A stretch of 64,000 nt of DNA from Candidatus Magasanikiibacteriota bacterium (GCA_026396515.1 JAPLWQ010000002.1:193230-257229), one strand, 5' to 3'. Shown: positions 48,692 through 59,600, counted from the first letter of the stretch. Translations and numbers: made by a program. Notes: generated by a model not told the origin, from the letters alone.

Positions 48692-49972
48692 ATGCCATAC
48701 GAATTGAAAAAATTGGAAAAATCAGAAGTGGAATTAACTATCACGGTCACACCGCCTGAGTACCAGCACGACCTTGAGCATGCGGCAAAACATTTGTCCG
48801 AAGTAGCCGCCATCAAAGGTTTCCGCCCGGGAGCTGCGCCTTATGATATTGTTAAACAGCAAGTGGGAGAGCAAAAAATATTGGAAGCCGCTCTTGAAGA
48901 AGTCGTCCATAAGAATTTTTATAAAGCGATTGATTCAGAAAAGCTTCAGACGGTCGGCATGCCGATGATCACGATCGAAAAACTGGCTTCGGGCAATGAT
49001 ATCGTTTTTAAGGCAAAAGTCGCTCTTCTGCCAAAAATTAAACTTGCTGATTTCGGGAAAATAAAGGTTGAGACAAAAAAAATTGAAGTGGGCGACAGGG
49101 AAATTGCCGCCACCTTGTATGACCTGCAAAAAATGCGAATGAAAGAGGAAACAAAAAATGGCGCCGCCACAAAAGAAGACAAAATTGTGGTTGATCTGGA
49201 TATGTTTATTGATAAGGTACCGGTAGAAGGCGGACAGGCCAAAGGTCATCAGGTATATTTAAGCGAAGAGCATTACATACCGGGTTTTGCCGAACAGTTG
49301 ATCAATTTAAAAAAAGACGACGAAAAAGAATTTTCCTTAAAATTCCCTAAAGAACACTACCAAAAACATCTGGCCGGCAAGGAAGTTGATATTAAGGTTA
49401 AGGCAAAAGATATTTTCTCTCTGGAATTACCGGCTCTCAATGATGATTTCGCCAAAAGTTTGGGGCAAAATGATATCGAAACACTAAAGTCTTTGATTCA
49501 AGAAAATCTTAAACATGAGGCTGAGCATAAGGAATCTCAACGTCTTGAGGTGGCAATTCTGGAACAGTTGGTTGAAAAAAGCGAATTTGCGGAAATTCCT
49601 GAAGTGCTTATTAAATCGGAAAAACAGAAAATGTTCAATGAATTAAAACATGATTTGGAACACCGCGGCATTGAAATGGAAAAATATTTACAGGACTTAA
49701 AAAAATCAGAAGAGGAAATCTACCGTGACTTTGAGGAAGGCGCACTCAAGCGGGTAAAGGCTTCTCTGGTCGCGAGAGAAGTGGCAATTGAAAACAAAAT
49801 CGAGGTTGATAAAGACGAATTGAATAAAGAAATCGATTTAATCAAGGCCACGTATGGCAACGACCCGAAGGTGGAAGAAAATCTTAAGCGGCCGGAGGTG
49901 CTGGACACTATCGCACGGACAGTGCAAAATAGAAAAGTGGTTGAATTCCTCAAAAAGCAAATAATAAAATAA
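48692..49972 (+). CDS. tig: Trigger factor
   Basis: GFRPG motif; FKBP-like YIPGFAEQL, FPKEHY. Confidence 0.95.
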   Translation: MPYELKKLEKSEVELTITVTPPEYQHDLEHAAKHLSEVAAIKGFRPGAAPYDIVKQQVGEQKILEAALEEVVHKNFYKAIDSEKLQTVGMPMITIEKLASGNDIVFKAKVALLPKIKLADFGKIKVETKKIEVGDREIAATLYDLQKMRMKEETKNGAATKEDKIVVDLDMFIDKVPVEGGQAKGHQVYLSEEHYIPGFAEQLINLKKDDEKEFSLKFPKEHYQKHLAGKEVDIKVKAKDIFSLELPALNDDFAKSLGQNDIETLKSLIQENLKHEAEHKESQRLEVAILEQLVEKSEFAEIPEVLIKSEKQKMFNELKHDLEHRGIEMEKYLQDLKKSEEEIYRDFEEGALKRVKASLVAREVAIENKIEVDKDELNKEIDLIKATYGNDPKVEENLKRPEVLDTIARTVQNRKVVEFLKKQIIK

Positions 49973-49973
49973 T

Positions 49974-50813
49974 ATGTACTTCGGAGCGCATGTTTCCATA
50001 GCGGGGGGGCTTGTAAACGCGCCGTTAAACGCCGCCAAGATAGGCTGTGAAGTTTTTCAGATATTCACCCGCTCTCCTCAGGGCGGCTGGACGCCGGAAT
50101 TAAACGCTAAAATCGCGACCGATTTTAAAGCTGCCTGCAAAACTGCCAAGCAAAAAGAGTGGTATGTTCACACTCCATATTTTATTAATTTTGCTTCTTC
50201 TAACCCGCGAATTAAGCACGCCTCCATCAGCATCGTCCGCCAAGAATTGGAGCGGGCTTCCATGCTCGGCGCAAAATTTTTAATGACCCACCTCGGCAGC
50301 TACGCCTCGCTCGGCAAAGAAAAAGGATTCGTGCAATTAATTGCCGCACTAGACGCTACACTCAAAGGCTATAAAGGAAAAACAAAATTTCTAATAGAAA
50401 TATCCGCGGGAGCCGGCGACATAATCGGCGGCACCTTCGAAGATATGGCAAAAATTGTTCTTCACCCGACATTAAAAAAATACGACATCGGCGTTTGTTT
50501 TGATACACAGCACGCCTTTGCTTCCGGCTATGACATCCGCGATAAAAGCCTCGTAGACAAAACATTGGCACACTTTGATAAAACTATCGGGCTAAAAAGG
50601 CTGAAAATGTCTCACTGCAATGATTCAAAAACAGAATTCAACTCTCATAGCGACCACCATGCGCATATCGGCAAAGGTAAAATCGGAAATGACGGTTTCG
50701 CGGCGCTAATATCCGACAAGCGCCTCGCCAAAATAAATTTTATTTTGGAGACAAAACCGGATATGGTCGAAGATGATTTGGTATTGCTCAAGAAACTTCG
50801 CGATAATAAGTAA
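49974..50813 (+). CDS. nfo: Endonuclease IV
   Basis: GAHVSIAGG, HTPYFIN, CFDTQH, HCNDSK, DHH, ILET. Confidence 0.95.
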   Translation: MYFGAHVSIAGGLVNAPLNAAKIGCEVFQIFTRSPQGGWTPELNAKIATDFKAACKTAKQKEWYVHTPYFINFASSNPRIKHASISIVRQELERASMLGAKFLMTHLGSYASLGKEKGFVQLIAALDATLKGYKGKTKFLIEISAGAGDIIGGTFEDMAKIVLHPTLKKYDIGVCFDTQHAFASGYDIRDKSLVDKTLAHFDKTIGLKRLKMSHCNDSKTEFNSHSDHHAHIGKGKIGNDGFAALISDKRLAKINFILETKPDMVEDDLVLLKKLRDNK

Positions 50814-50814
50814 T

Positions 50815-51033
50815 ATGCGACTAAATGTTAGGGTGATACCTCGATCTTCAAAAAATGAAATCATTGAACTTTCCGACGGCTCGATTAAAGCCAAACTGAC
50901 GGCTCCACCAGTGGAGGGCGAGGCAAATAAAAAACTAATTGAACTTATCGCAAAAAAATTTAATACTGCAAAAAGCCGTGTACAAATAGTGAGGGGAGCA
51001 AGGGGAAAAAATAAAATTATTGATTTACTCTGA
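50815..51033 (+). CDS. DUF167 (YggU) family protein
   Basis: VIPRS, APPVEGEAN, GARGKNK. Confidence 0.9.
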   Translation: MRLNVRVIPRSSKNEIIELSDGSIKAKLTAPPVEGEANKKLIELIAKKFNTAKSRVQIVRGARGKNKIIDLL

Positions 51034-51034
51034 T

Positions 51035-51427
51035 ATGCTTCAGCAAATAAACCGTTTGGCCAAAATTCGCGATTTTAATTTATTGGTTAAGCATGGCCGT
51101 TTTATAAATGGTTCTTTTTTATCTTTGAAAACGCTGCACTTAATTGACATAAAAAAATATTTTCCCTTAAAAGAAGACCCCGATAAATTTGAAGCGCAAC
51201 TTCGCATTGCTTTTGCCGTTAGCACTAAAATTTCTAAAAGCGCAGTAAAACGCAATCGTTTCCGCCGACAACTCCGCGAAGCTATCCGCCTACTTATTAA
51301 AGAAACCAAAATTGACAACGGTTGGTACCTGTTGTTTATTGCCAAGCCCGGCTGTCTGGATAATACTTATGAAGATATTAAAAATCAAGCAGTGGAACTA
51401 TTAAGCAGGACGAAGGCTTTAAAATAG
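51035..51427 (+). CDS. rnpA: Ribonuclease P protein component
   Basis: KSAVKRNRFRRQLRE RNR motif. Confidence 0.93.
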   Translation: MLQQINRLAKIRDFNLLVKHGRFINGSFLSLKTLHLIDIKKYFPLKEDPDKFEAQLRIAFAVSTKISKSAVKRNRFRRQLREAIRLLIKETKIDNGWYLLFIAKPGCLDNTYEDIKNQAVELLSRTKALK

Positions 51428-51428
51428 T

Positions 51429-51701
51429 ATGAAAAAATTGCCGGAATACATTAAATTTTTACTATATTTACCGCGAATGCCATTTCTAATGCTTATTAGA
51501 CTATACCAGAAGACATTCTCCCCTGACCACGGACCAGTAAAGCGTTTTTTTCCGCATGGATACTGCCAATTTTACCCCAGCTGCAGCGAATATGGCCACC
51601 AAGCCATAAAGAAATACGGCCTTCTAATAGGCATCCCCAAGGCAATCTGGAGGGTTCTGCGCTGTAACCCCTGGAGCGCCGGCGGGATTGATCTGCCATA
51701 A
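51429..51701 (+). CDS. yidD: Membrane protein insertion efficiency factor YidD
   Basis: CQFYPSCSEY, LRCNPW..GGID. Confidence 0.93.
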   Translation: MKKLPEYIKFLLYLPRMPFLMLIRLYQKTFSPDHGPVKRFFPHGYCQFYPSCSEYGHQAIKKYGLLIGIPKAIWRVLRCNPWSAGGIDLP

Positions 51702-51710
51702 TTATTATAC

Positions 51711-51738
51711 AAAAAACCCGCTATTTTAGCGGGTTTTT
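51711..51738. terminator. Bidirectional terminator between yidD and rpmH
   Basis: AAAAAACCCGCTA-TTT-TAGCGGGTTTTTT. Confidence 0.8.
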
Positions 51739-51783
51739 TAAATTTGGTCGGCAGAGATCAAAGCCATTCTACCGGGTTGACAA

Positions 51784-51960
51784 CTATCTGGTTTTCCGCG
51801 TACGCTTACCCTTGCGCTCATTTGAAACGGTTAATTTCTTTCTTCCCTTGGCACGTCGGCGACTTAATACGTTTCTACCGCCCTTCGTACTCATGCGCTT
51901 TCTAAAACCATGACTTTTGGCTCTTTTGCGCTTATTTGGTTGGTATGTTCTCTTCGGCAT
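51784..51960 (-). CDS. rpmH: 50S ribosomal protein L34
   Basis: [25 protein letters not shown] with a basic extension. Confidence 0.96.
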   Translation of the reverse strand: MPKRTYQPNKRKRAKSHGFRKRMSTKGGRNVLSRRRAKGRKKLTVSNERKGKRTRKTR

Positions 51961-52040
51961 ATGACTATATAATATTAGAATGCTATAAGCATAGCTCATT
52001 ACGCGAGTCAAGTCAAGGTTTGCGGTCGTTTAAGCGGTAA

Positions 52041-52060
52041 TTATCCACACCTTTTCCACA
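52041..52060. promoter_or_regulatory. DnaA boxes upstream of dnaA
   Basis: TTATCCACA 52041; TTTTCCACA 52052. Confidence 0.8.
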
Positions 52061-52140
52061 TCTCCTGCACTTTGTAAGTTCGATTTTTTGGCTATGTTGT
52101 GATAAAATTCAGTAAATTAAAAAACTCGGATATACCCATT

Positions 52141-53538
52141 ATGAACAATAACGAGATCTGGCAGGCCGTGCTTGCCGAACTGGAACTATCAATATCAAAA
52201 GCCAATTTTATCACCTGGTTTAAAAATACAGGCATCGTTTCAGTTCAGGAAGGCCAAATATTGCTTTGCGTGCCCAACACATTCGCACGCGCCTGGTTTG
52301 AAAAAAAATATCACCATATGATTATCAAATCAATGGAGCGCATTATGGGCAAGCCTGTGCGCCGCCTTGAATATAAAATTGATAATATAAGAAATTTAGC
52401 TGAACAAGCGGCAAATGCATTCGATACCTTTACCACTGCCTACGCCGGAGGCGCGGAGACAGTTGACGCCTCACGGTCACTATCGAGACCCGCCAGCCAA
52501 AATGGGGGTTTTGCTCTCAATCCAAAATATTGTTTTGAAAATTTTGTCGTCGGTAGCGGATCAGAGCTCGCTTACGCGGCGGCCAAGGCGGTTTCTGAAC
52601 GGCCCGGCGAAGCATACAATCCACTATTTATTTATGGGGGCGTCGGTCTCGGAAAAACCCACCTCATTCAGGCCATTGGCACCCAAATATTAAAAAATAA
52701 TCCAAGCGCCGCTGTTTTATACGTAAGCGCTGAAAAATTTTCAAATGATTTTATACAATCGGTAAAAGAAGGCACGGCAAAAGAATTTCAAAATCATTAC
52801 CGAAACATTGATTTGCTTCTAATTGATGATATCCAATTCATTGCCGGCAAAGACCGCACGCAGGAATCTTTTTTTCACACCTTCAACGAACTCCACCAAC
52901 AGAACAAGCAAATTGTATTAACCTCCGACCGGCCGCCAAAAGCCATCCCCACATTAGAGGACAGATTAAAATCCAGATTTGAGTGGGGGATGATCGCCGA
53001 CATTACCATGCCTGATTTTGAAACACGCGTCGCTATTTTGCAGAAGAAATGTTCAGAAAAAACTTTTGACTTGCCTGAAAAAGTGCTTCACACCATCGCC
53101 GCTTCAGTCCAATCGAATATTCGCGAGCTTGAGGGGTCGCTTAATAAAATTATCGCCTACCACCAATTGAAGAATTTGACTCCCTCGGTTGAGTCAGTGA
53201 AATCATTACTTAGCTCAATCGAAACAGCCTCAATGAAGCAATCACTGGCCCCGCGCCAGATTACAGAGACTGTTTGCCAGTTTTATAGCATCCCATCGGA
53301 AAACATTTCCAATAAAAGCCGCGAAAAACGCGTTTCTTACCCACGGCAGATCATTATGTATCTCATGCGTGAGGAATTAAAAATGTCTTACCCTACAATT
53401 GGCGGCGAATTGGGCGGCCGCGATCACACTACGGCAATGCACGCCTATGAGAAAATTCGGCGCGACGTTGAAAATAGCCCTAAATTGAAACAAGAAATTG
53501 AATTAATTAAGCAACGACTATATATAAATAATGTTTAA
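52141..53538 (+). CDS. dnaA: Chromosomal replication initiator DnaA
   Basis: YNPLFIYGGVGLGKTHL, IDDIQF, SRFEWG, GGRDHTT. Confidence 0.98.
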   Translation: MNNNEIWQAVLAELELSISKANFITWFKNTGIVSVQEGQILLCVPNTFARAWFEKKYHHMIIKSMERIMGKPVRRLEYKIDNIRNLAEQAANAFDTFTTAYAGGAETVDASRSLSRPASQNGGFALNPKYCFENFVVGSGSELAYAAAKAVSERPGEAYNPLFIYGGVGLGKTHLIQAIGTQILKNNPSAAVLYVSAEKFSNDFIQSVKEGTAKEFQNHYRNIDLLLIDDIQFIAGKDRTQESFFHTFNELHQQNKQIVLTSDRPPKAIPTLEDRLKSRFEWGMIADITMPDFETRVAILQKKCSEKTFDLPEKVLHTIAASVQSNIRELEGSLNKIIAYHQLKNLTPSVESVKSLLSSIETASMKQSLAPRQITETVCQFYSIPSENISNKSREKRVSYPRQIIMYLMREELKMSYPTIGGELGGRDHTTAMHAYEKIRRDVENSPKLKQEIELIKQRLYINNV

Positions 53539-53800
53539 TTTTGTTTATATTGTGTGGATAAATCTGTTAAAACAGTGACTAGCGGCTCTTACTTATCCCC
53601 ACATTATAGTAGCTATACACACTCAGGCGAAGAGCAAAAAAATGTCCTCACCTTTTATACAGAGATTTTTACTTGACTATACACAGGTAACTAATCAATA
53701 ATACCCTTATCTGAGCGCAAAAAAGGAATTATCCCCTCTATTCACATCCCTTATTATTATGATTATCTAAATATATATAAAATAATACCAATTAATAAAT
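53539..53800. other. oriC: Probable oriC (dnaA-dnaN intergenic)
   Basis: TGTGGATAA 53553, TTATCCCCA 53593, CTATACACA 53613 and 53677, tandem boxes 53729-53746, then CCC, trio-like TTATTATTATGATTAT and an AT-rich stretch. Confidence 0.85.
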
Positions 53801-54925
53801 ATGAAGATCACATGTATAAAAGAAAATTTAGCGACAGCACTATCATTAGTAACAAATTTGGCTACAAAGAGCGTAAATTTGCCAATATTAAGTAATGTTT
53901 TAATTAAAGCCAGCGAACAAAAAGTGGAAATAATATCAACAAATCTGGAATTAGCAATTATTGTTTCCATCAGGGCTAAGGTGGAAGAACCCGGGTCGTT
54001 TACCGTACCAGCTAGAACCCTGACAGATTTTGTAAATTTGCTAGCTGATGAAAAAATTGATGTCGAATTGAAAGAAAATGAACTGGTTGTGTCGTGCGGA
54101 AAATCGGCGACTAAGATTAAGGGTATCCCGGCGGACGAATATCCCGTCATACCAGCAGTGGGCGAGGGTCAGGGTTTTTTGGTACCGGTGGAAGATATGA
54201 AAAAAGGCCTCTCACAAGTCAACCTGGCGGCCGCGCGCAACGACATCAGGCCGGAACTGTCCGGTGTATTGTTTGCCTTTAATCTGGAAAACAGCGGCCA
54301 GTTGGTTGTAGCGGCGACAGATAGTTATCGCCTGGCCGAGAAAAAGATAAAGCTCCTTCAGGGCAAGGAATCCTTTCGGGTTATTGTACCAGGCCGCACC
54401 TCACAGGAAATTGCTCATATTCTTTCTTCGTCCAGTGAATTGGAATCTGAAAAAAGCGTACGCATAATTCTAAGTGAAAATCAGATTGCGGTGAATTATA
54501 ACAGTGTGCAGATGATTTCACGTTTGGTGGAAGGGCAATATCCGGACTACACTCAAATTATTCCCAAAGATTTCAAAACATCGGCTGAGTTTTCTATCGC
54601 CAAAATGGTTAAAGAAATAAAAGCAGCGAGTCTATTTACAACGGTCGGAGTAAACGCGGTTGCTTTTGATATTCTGCCCGCTGAGGGAGAAATAAAAATT
54701 GCGTCAACTTCAACTCAGACAGGTGAATATCGCTCCGGGATGGAAGCGGAAATTAAAGGAGAAAAAAATGCTATTCTCTTAAATCACAGATATTTATTGG
54801 ACGGGTTAAATAGTATTAACGGAGACGTAGGGACGCTTAAAATAATTAATAGTGACAGTCCATGCGTCCTCATTGGAAAAAACGAGGAAAATTATTTGTA
54901 TATAGTCATGCCTATACGGCAGTAG
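53801..54925 (+). CDS. dnaN: DNA polymerase III beta clamp
   Basis: LPILSN, ATDSYRL, YPDY, VMPIR. Confidence 0.97.
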   Translation: MKITCIKENLATALSLVTNLATKSVNLPILSNVLIKASEQKVEIISTNLELAIIVSIRAKVEEPGSFTVPARTLTDFVNLLADEKIDVELKENELVVSCGKSATKIKGIPADEYPVIPAVGEGQGFLVPVEDMKKGLSQVNLAAARNDIRPELSGVLFAFNLENSGQLVVAATDSYRLAEKKIKLLQGKESFRVIVPGRTSQEIAHILSSSSELESEKSVRIILSENQIAVNYNSVQMISRLVEGQYPDYTQIIPKDFKTSAEFSIAKMVKEIKAASLFTTVGVNAVAFDILPAEGEIKIASTSTQTGEYRSGMEAEIKGEKNAILLNHRYLLDGLNSINGDVGTLKIINSDSPCVLIGKNEENYLYIVMPIRQ

Positions 54926-54977
54926 ATTAATAATTAAAAAACATCCCGGCACAACCGAGATGTTTTAATTTCTCCAA

Positions 54978-55400
54978 TTAATTTATCGGAGGATTATAAT
55001 TATCTCTTAACAAATTTTGAATGGGGAGGAAAAGTGGCCGTGGCAGGTCGCCCCATTCAAACCACTCCCATTTTTCGCACTTGTCCGGCTCCATTATTTT
55101 TATCTCGCCGGAATCATAGTCGGCGAGCATGAAGATTGTAATATAATGTTTTTCTTCATTCGAAAAAATATCATTGGTCGCCGTGCCGAAGCGGATGCCA
55201 TTTATTTTTATTCCTGCTTCTTCCATCGTCTCTCTTGCGGCGCAATCTTCCCATGTTTCATTAAATTCCAGATGGCCGCCTGGAAAGCTCCACGTGCCGT
55301 CTCCATGAGAATTTTTTCTTTTTCCCATAAGTATCCTGCCGTTTTTTATAATAATGACCCCTACCCCCACCTTGGGTCGTTTGTCTTCGCAATGAATCAT
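54978..55400 (-). CDS. NUDIX hydrolase (NUDT15/MutT-like)
   Basis: PGGHLE..CAARETMEEAG; EPDKCEKWEW. Confidence 0.9.
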   Translation of the reverse strand: MIHCEDKRPKVGVGVIIIKNGRILMGKRKNSHGDGTWSFPGGHLEFNETWEDCAARETMEEAGIKINGIRFGTATNDIFSNEEKHYITIFMLADYDSGEIKIMEPDKCEKWEWFEWGDLPRPLFLPIQNLLRDNYNPPIN

Positions 55401-55885
55401 ATAGAAAAATATTTTTTCAGGATATACAACAATTCGGGGTGAAATTTTTCGCCCTCGGAAATCATCTTAGTGATTTCGTCAATGCTAAAGAAATCCACTC
55501 TTTCAACTACGCCGAGGTCCGGCCTGAATGGGCCATTAAAACTTGTTTTAAATACGGAAATGAATTTATCGGGAGAATCTGGCACCTGATAAAAATCCTT
55601 GCCGACAAGCTCTATACTGCTGTTTGCACCTAATTCCTCGGAGTACTCTCTCGCCGCGGCTTGTTTGTAGGTTTCGCCGGCCTGAACGTGGCCGCCGACG
55701 GCAGTAGACCAATGGTTTGGGCAAAAAGAAACATTGTTGCTTCTAAGCTGCAGGGCCATTTTTCCCTCGTCATTAAATATGAGGACGTGCGATATCCGAT
55801 GACACAGTAATTTTTTATATGCATCTTCTTTTGATACGAGTCCGATCACATTATCACCACTGTCAACGATATCAAGCATCTCCAT
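55397..55885 (-). CDS. NUDIX hydrolase (Idi-like)
   Basis: HRISHVLIFN, GGHVQAGE..AAREYSEELG. Confidence 0.85.
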   Translation of the reverse strand: MEMLDIVDSGDNVIGLVSKEDAYKKLLCHRISHVLIFNDEGKMALQLRSNNVSFCPNHWSTAVGGHVQAGETYKQAAAREYSEELGANSSIELVGKDFYQVPDSPDKFISVFKTSFNGPFRPDLGVVERVDFFSIDEITKMISEGEKFHPELLYILKKYFSI

Positions 55886-55897
55886 ATTAAATGGTTT

Positions 55898-58738
55898 TTA
55901 CTCCACCCGGACTTCCAGCGTTTTCGAAACCGTCTTCCCATCCACGCCAGTTAATAGGCCAACAAGTTCATAGACCCCGGCGCCGGGCGAATTTTTCCAG
56001 CTGAAATTAAGCTTATCAACCAAAAGCTGGTCGTTGTGGTCAAAAGTATAAATTAATTTATTCTGGTCATTACCTGTGAGTTTAATTTGAATATTTTTAA
56101 TATCACTCCAACGGAAAGGAATTATGCCGATCGATCGCGGAAAGTCGTCAGAGCGCACTGTGATGGAAGATCCGTCGACCCAATTGAAATCCGGAGGATC
56201 AAGCTCCGCTTGTAAATCAAAAGTAATTTCCCGGATAGAGCTATTGCCCACGTCGTCAGATGCCAGCACTGTAAGAATATGCAGACCCTTATTCAGATTT
56301 TTTAAATAGTAGTCGGTTGAAAATGGCGGACCGTATTTAACAGCAATTGTATTGTCGTCCAATTTAAAAGTTACCTGGGAAATACCCCGGGGCGCCGATG
56401 CGTTAACGGAAATAACAATATTTCGATCCAGAATTGTTGAGCTGGCCAGTGGCGAAACAATTTCTATCGTCGGCGCTAATGCGGGGTCGGCGGAAAAAAG
56501 ATCCACTTCCGCCGGCGGCTCCGAAAAGGATACAAGCCGCCCGGCTTCTTGTTCGCGCCTTGCCCAATCTTGCAGTGCTGATTCCCAATTTTCATATTGC
56601 GGGTCATCTGCCGGAAACGCCGGGATAGGGCCGCGCGGGTCGTCTTTATTCACATAATACAATATATCATGTGGTGGTAGAAATTCTTTTTCCGCAATCA
56701 AAGCCTCGGGGGTCGATGATGTTGCCAGTTTCCCGTTCAAGCGGTTAATCTTTATTCTCATCACGCCATCTCCACCGCGCAATACCGCTTTATCCGTGTC
56801 ATTTGCCGGCGGTGCCGGGAATTGCTCCGGTGAAGTGGAAGCGAGCGACAGTTTCATAAATCGGTTCCAGATTTGTCCGGCTAATGTGTTGCCACCGCCT
56901 TTCATTGGTGCCGGGGTGGTATTGCCAACCCAAACTCCGGCCGCAAGAGAAGGGACATAACCAAGCGTCCAGGCGTCTTTATAATTGTTCGTGGTGCCTG
57001 TTTTGGCGGCGACCAGGCGGTCAGGCAAAGTTAGAGTACTACCGCGCCCAAAAATATATGAGCGGGCGTTATCATCGGTTAAAACGCTGGAAATTAGCGC
57101 AGCCAGTTCCGGTTTAACGGCCTCGCTCCCTTCGCTGGTTTTGGCCTCAAATATGGTAGCTCCCTTGTCATCAGTTACTTTCAATATACTGCTTGGCTGG
57201 TGGTATCGGCCGTTATTGGCCAGCGTGGCATAGGCGTTGGTGTGTTCAAGAAGGTTAACTTCAGCGCCGCCCAGCACCAAGGAGAGCCCAAAATTGCCGC
57301 CCTTTAGCGTGGTATAGCCAAAACGCTCGGCGAAGTCCGACATATATTGTTCGCCGACCAGATAAAGTGTCTTTACGGCCGGGATATTGAGTGACCCCTG
57401 GAGTGCCTTACGCAGGGTGACCAGACCGTGCTCCTTATTATCATAGTTAACAGGAGTATAATTGCCGCCTGTGCGCATATCAAAATTAGTTGAAACATCA
57501 TAAAGAACGGTTTCCGGGGTGAAACCTTTCTCAAAGGCAGCCGTATAGACAAACGGCTTGAATGATGACCCCGGCTGGCGCTTGCCGAGAACTGCCACAT
57601 TAAATTGCCCGTCGATTTCTTCATTTTGAAAATCGCGAGAGCCGACCATGGCTAATATTTCGCCGGTTGATGGAGCAATTGCCACCAGAGATGCATTATC
57701 TGCATTAGCGTCTTTGGCAAATTTATCACCCAATTCTTTTACGGCCGACTCTGCAATTTTTTGTTTATCATAATCAAGCGTTGTAATAACTTTTAAACCG
57801 GACTGGTCAACCGTCTTTTCTCCAAATTGCTCCGCCAGCAACTGCTTCACATATAAAACAAAATGCGGTGCGTCCATAATGCCTGCGTTTCGGATTATTT
57901 TTAGCGTTTCGTTTTGCGCCGCCGTTTTTTCTTCTTCGGAAATATATCCCTGCTCGTTCATCAGGCGCAATACAACATTTCGCCGCTCTTTTAACATTTC
58001 CTGATCATTTAAATAGCGCGTTGGTTGTTTCAACAATGCAGCCAGTGTTGCCGACTCGGCGAGAGAAAGATCGATCGCTTTTTTTCTAAAATAACTTTGC
58101 GAAGCCGCCTCTATTCCATAGTTGGTTGACCCATATGGAATTTCATTCAAATACATTTTCATTATTTGATCTTTGGTATATTTTTTTTCGAGCCGCAGAG
58201 CCAGAATAGCTTCCTTAATTTTTCTGAAATACGATCTTTCGCCGCCTATAATAGTGTTCTTAATTAATTGTTGCGTTAGAGTGGAAGCCCCGCCTGAGCC
58301 AGCTTGTCGTCCGATTAAATTATTAACACCGGCTCGGATAATGGAAATCAAGCGCACCCCATTATGGGTATAGAAATTTTTATCCTCTACCGCCACCGTC
58401 GCTTTTATCGCCAGCGGCGCTATTTGATCGAGTTCGACCATTGTCCTCTTTTGGTCCTGGTAAACCTCATAAAGCAAATGCTCTCCGGTGCGGTCATAGA
58501 TTTTTGTGCTCTGAGCGACCTGGCGTTCAGACAGCTTTTGCGGGTCAGGTAGCTCGCGGCTGACGACCACGACCACGATTGTGCCAATGATAAAACAGGC
58601 GACGCACAAAGCGATGCCGCCCAAAATAATTATTTTCAGCCATTTTCTGTCCCTTTTTTGTTGACGCCGCGCATTTTTTTCCGGCTCCACCGTCCCATAC
58701 GCCCGGCGCTCCTTTTCAATCAAATGCTTTATTGGCAT
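55898..58738 (-). CDS. Class A penicillin-binding protein with C-terminal Ig-like domain
   Basis: EDKNF, GASTLTQQ, RKIKE; SSFK, SLN, KTG. Confidence 0.93.
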   Translation of the reverse strand: MPIKHLIEKERRAYGTVEPEKNARRQQKRDRKWLKIIILGGIALCVACFIIGTIVVVVVSRELPDPQKLSERQVAQSTKIYDRTGEHLLYEVYQDQKRTMVELDQIAPLAIKATVAVEDKNFYTHNGVRLISIIRAGVNNLIGRQAGSGGASTLTQQLIKNTIIGGERSYFRKIKEAILALRLEKKYTKDQIMKMYLNEIPYGSTNYGIEAASQSYFRKKAIDLSLAESATLAALLKQPTRYLNDQEMLKERRNVVLRLMNEQGYISEEEKTAAQNETLKIIRNAGIMDAPHFVLYVKQLLAEQFGEKTVDQSGLKVITTLDYDKQKIAESAVKELGDKFAKDANADNASLVAIAPSTGEILAMVGSRDFQNEEIDGQFNVAVLGKRQPGSSFKPFVYTAAFEKGFTPETVLYDVSTNFDMRTGGNYTPVNYDNKEHGLVTLRKALQGSLNIPAVKTLYLVGEQYMSDFAERFGYTTLKGGNFGLSLVLGGAEVNLLEHTNAYATLANNGRYHQPSSILKVTDDKGATIFEAKTSEGSEAVKPELAALISSVLTDDNARSYIFGRGSTLTLPDRLVAAKTGTTNNYKDAWTLGYVPSLAAGVWVGNTTPAPMKGGGNTLAGQIWNRFMKLSLASTSPEQFPAPPANDTDKAVLRGGDGVMRIKINRLNGKLATSSTPEALIAEKEFLPPHDILYYVNKDDPRGPIPAFPADDPQYENWESALQDWARREQEAGRLVSFSEPPAEVDLFSADPALAPTIEIVSPLASSTILDRNIVISVNASAPRGISQVTFKLDDNTIAVKYGPPFSTDYYLKNLNKGLHILTVLASDDVGNSSIREITFDLQAELDPPDFNWVDGSSITVRSDDFPRSIGIIPFRWSDIKNIQIKLTGNDQNKLIYTFDHNDQLLVDKLNFSWKNSPGAGVYELVGLLTGVDGKTVSKTLEVRVE

Positions 58739-58892
58739 AAGTAAAAAATCACCTCAAATTGGACTTGAACTATATCATTATAGCAGTATCGTCGACTCTT
58801 GACAAAAACCATATTTTATGGTAATATTATGTGTTAAAATTATACAGCGAAAATATCCTAAATAGGATATTTTTTGCTTAAATAAGCCATTT

Positions 58893-59600
58893 ATGGACAA
58901 TACATTAAGAAAGAGCTTGTTTTCTAGCGGTAAACTGTGGTTAGTTTCAGCCATTACCGTTATTATCTTTATCCCTACTGTTACTTTGGCTAAATCTAGC
59001 GAAGTTTTCTGCTCATATACCTCTTTGGACCATTATTTAGCTATGTATTATAAGCAAAATAAGGTGAAAGAGCTGAAAACTAGCCAAAAAGGTGAAGATA
59101 AATTGAATTTGGCTCAGACTGCGGAGAAAACGAAGGTTGCCATAGTACCCGCTAAGAACGTAGCCAAAACACAGGTTATCAATCAGTTGGAAAAGCAGAT
59201 TATTGTAAATCCAGCCAAAAAAACCGTGTCTTTACCGGTCGCTGGTCAAAAATCAGCTGGTTCCAAGCCGGATAGAGTGGTAAACGCGGTGATTACTGCC
59301 TACACCTCTACTCCTGACCAAACTGATGATACTCCTGATATAGCAGCTTCGGGCAAACATGTCTATGATGGCATGATTGCCGCGAACTGGCTTCCGTTTG
59401 GTACCCAGATCAAGATTCCTGCCCTTTACGGCGACAAAATTTTTACCGTAGATGACAGAATGAATAGACGTTACGGCTATGGCCGTATGGATGTCTGGTT
59501 GGATACTTCCAAATCAGAGGCCCTCAAGTTCGGCGTCAAGCGCGTTGAAATTGAAGTGTACAATAAAGTGAAAACAAAACAACTTGTGCTGGCAAAATAA
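58893..59600 (+). CDS. 3D-domain (MltA-like) protein
   Basis: ITAYTSTPDQTD, AANWLPFGT, VDDRM, MDVW. Confidence 0.88.
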   Translation: MDNTLRKSLFSSGKLWLVSAITVIIFIPTVTLAKSSEVFCSYTSLDHYLAMYYKQNKVKELKTSQKGEDKLNLAQTAEKTKVAIVPAKNVAKTQVINQLEKQIIVNPAKKTVSLPVAGQKSAGSKPDRVVNAVITAYTSTPDQTDDTPDIAASGKHVYDGMIAANWLPFGTQIKIPALYGDKIFTVDDRMNRRYGYGRMDVWLDTSKSEALKFGVKRVEIEVYNKVKTKQLVLAK

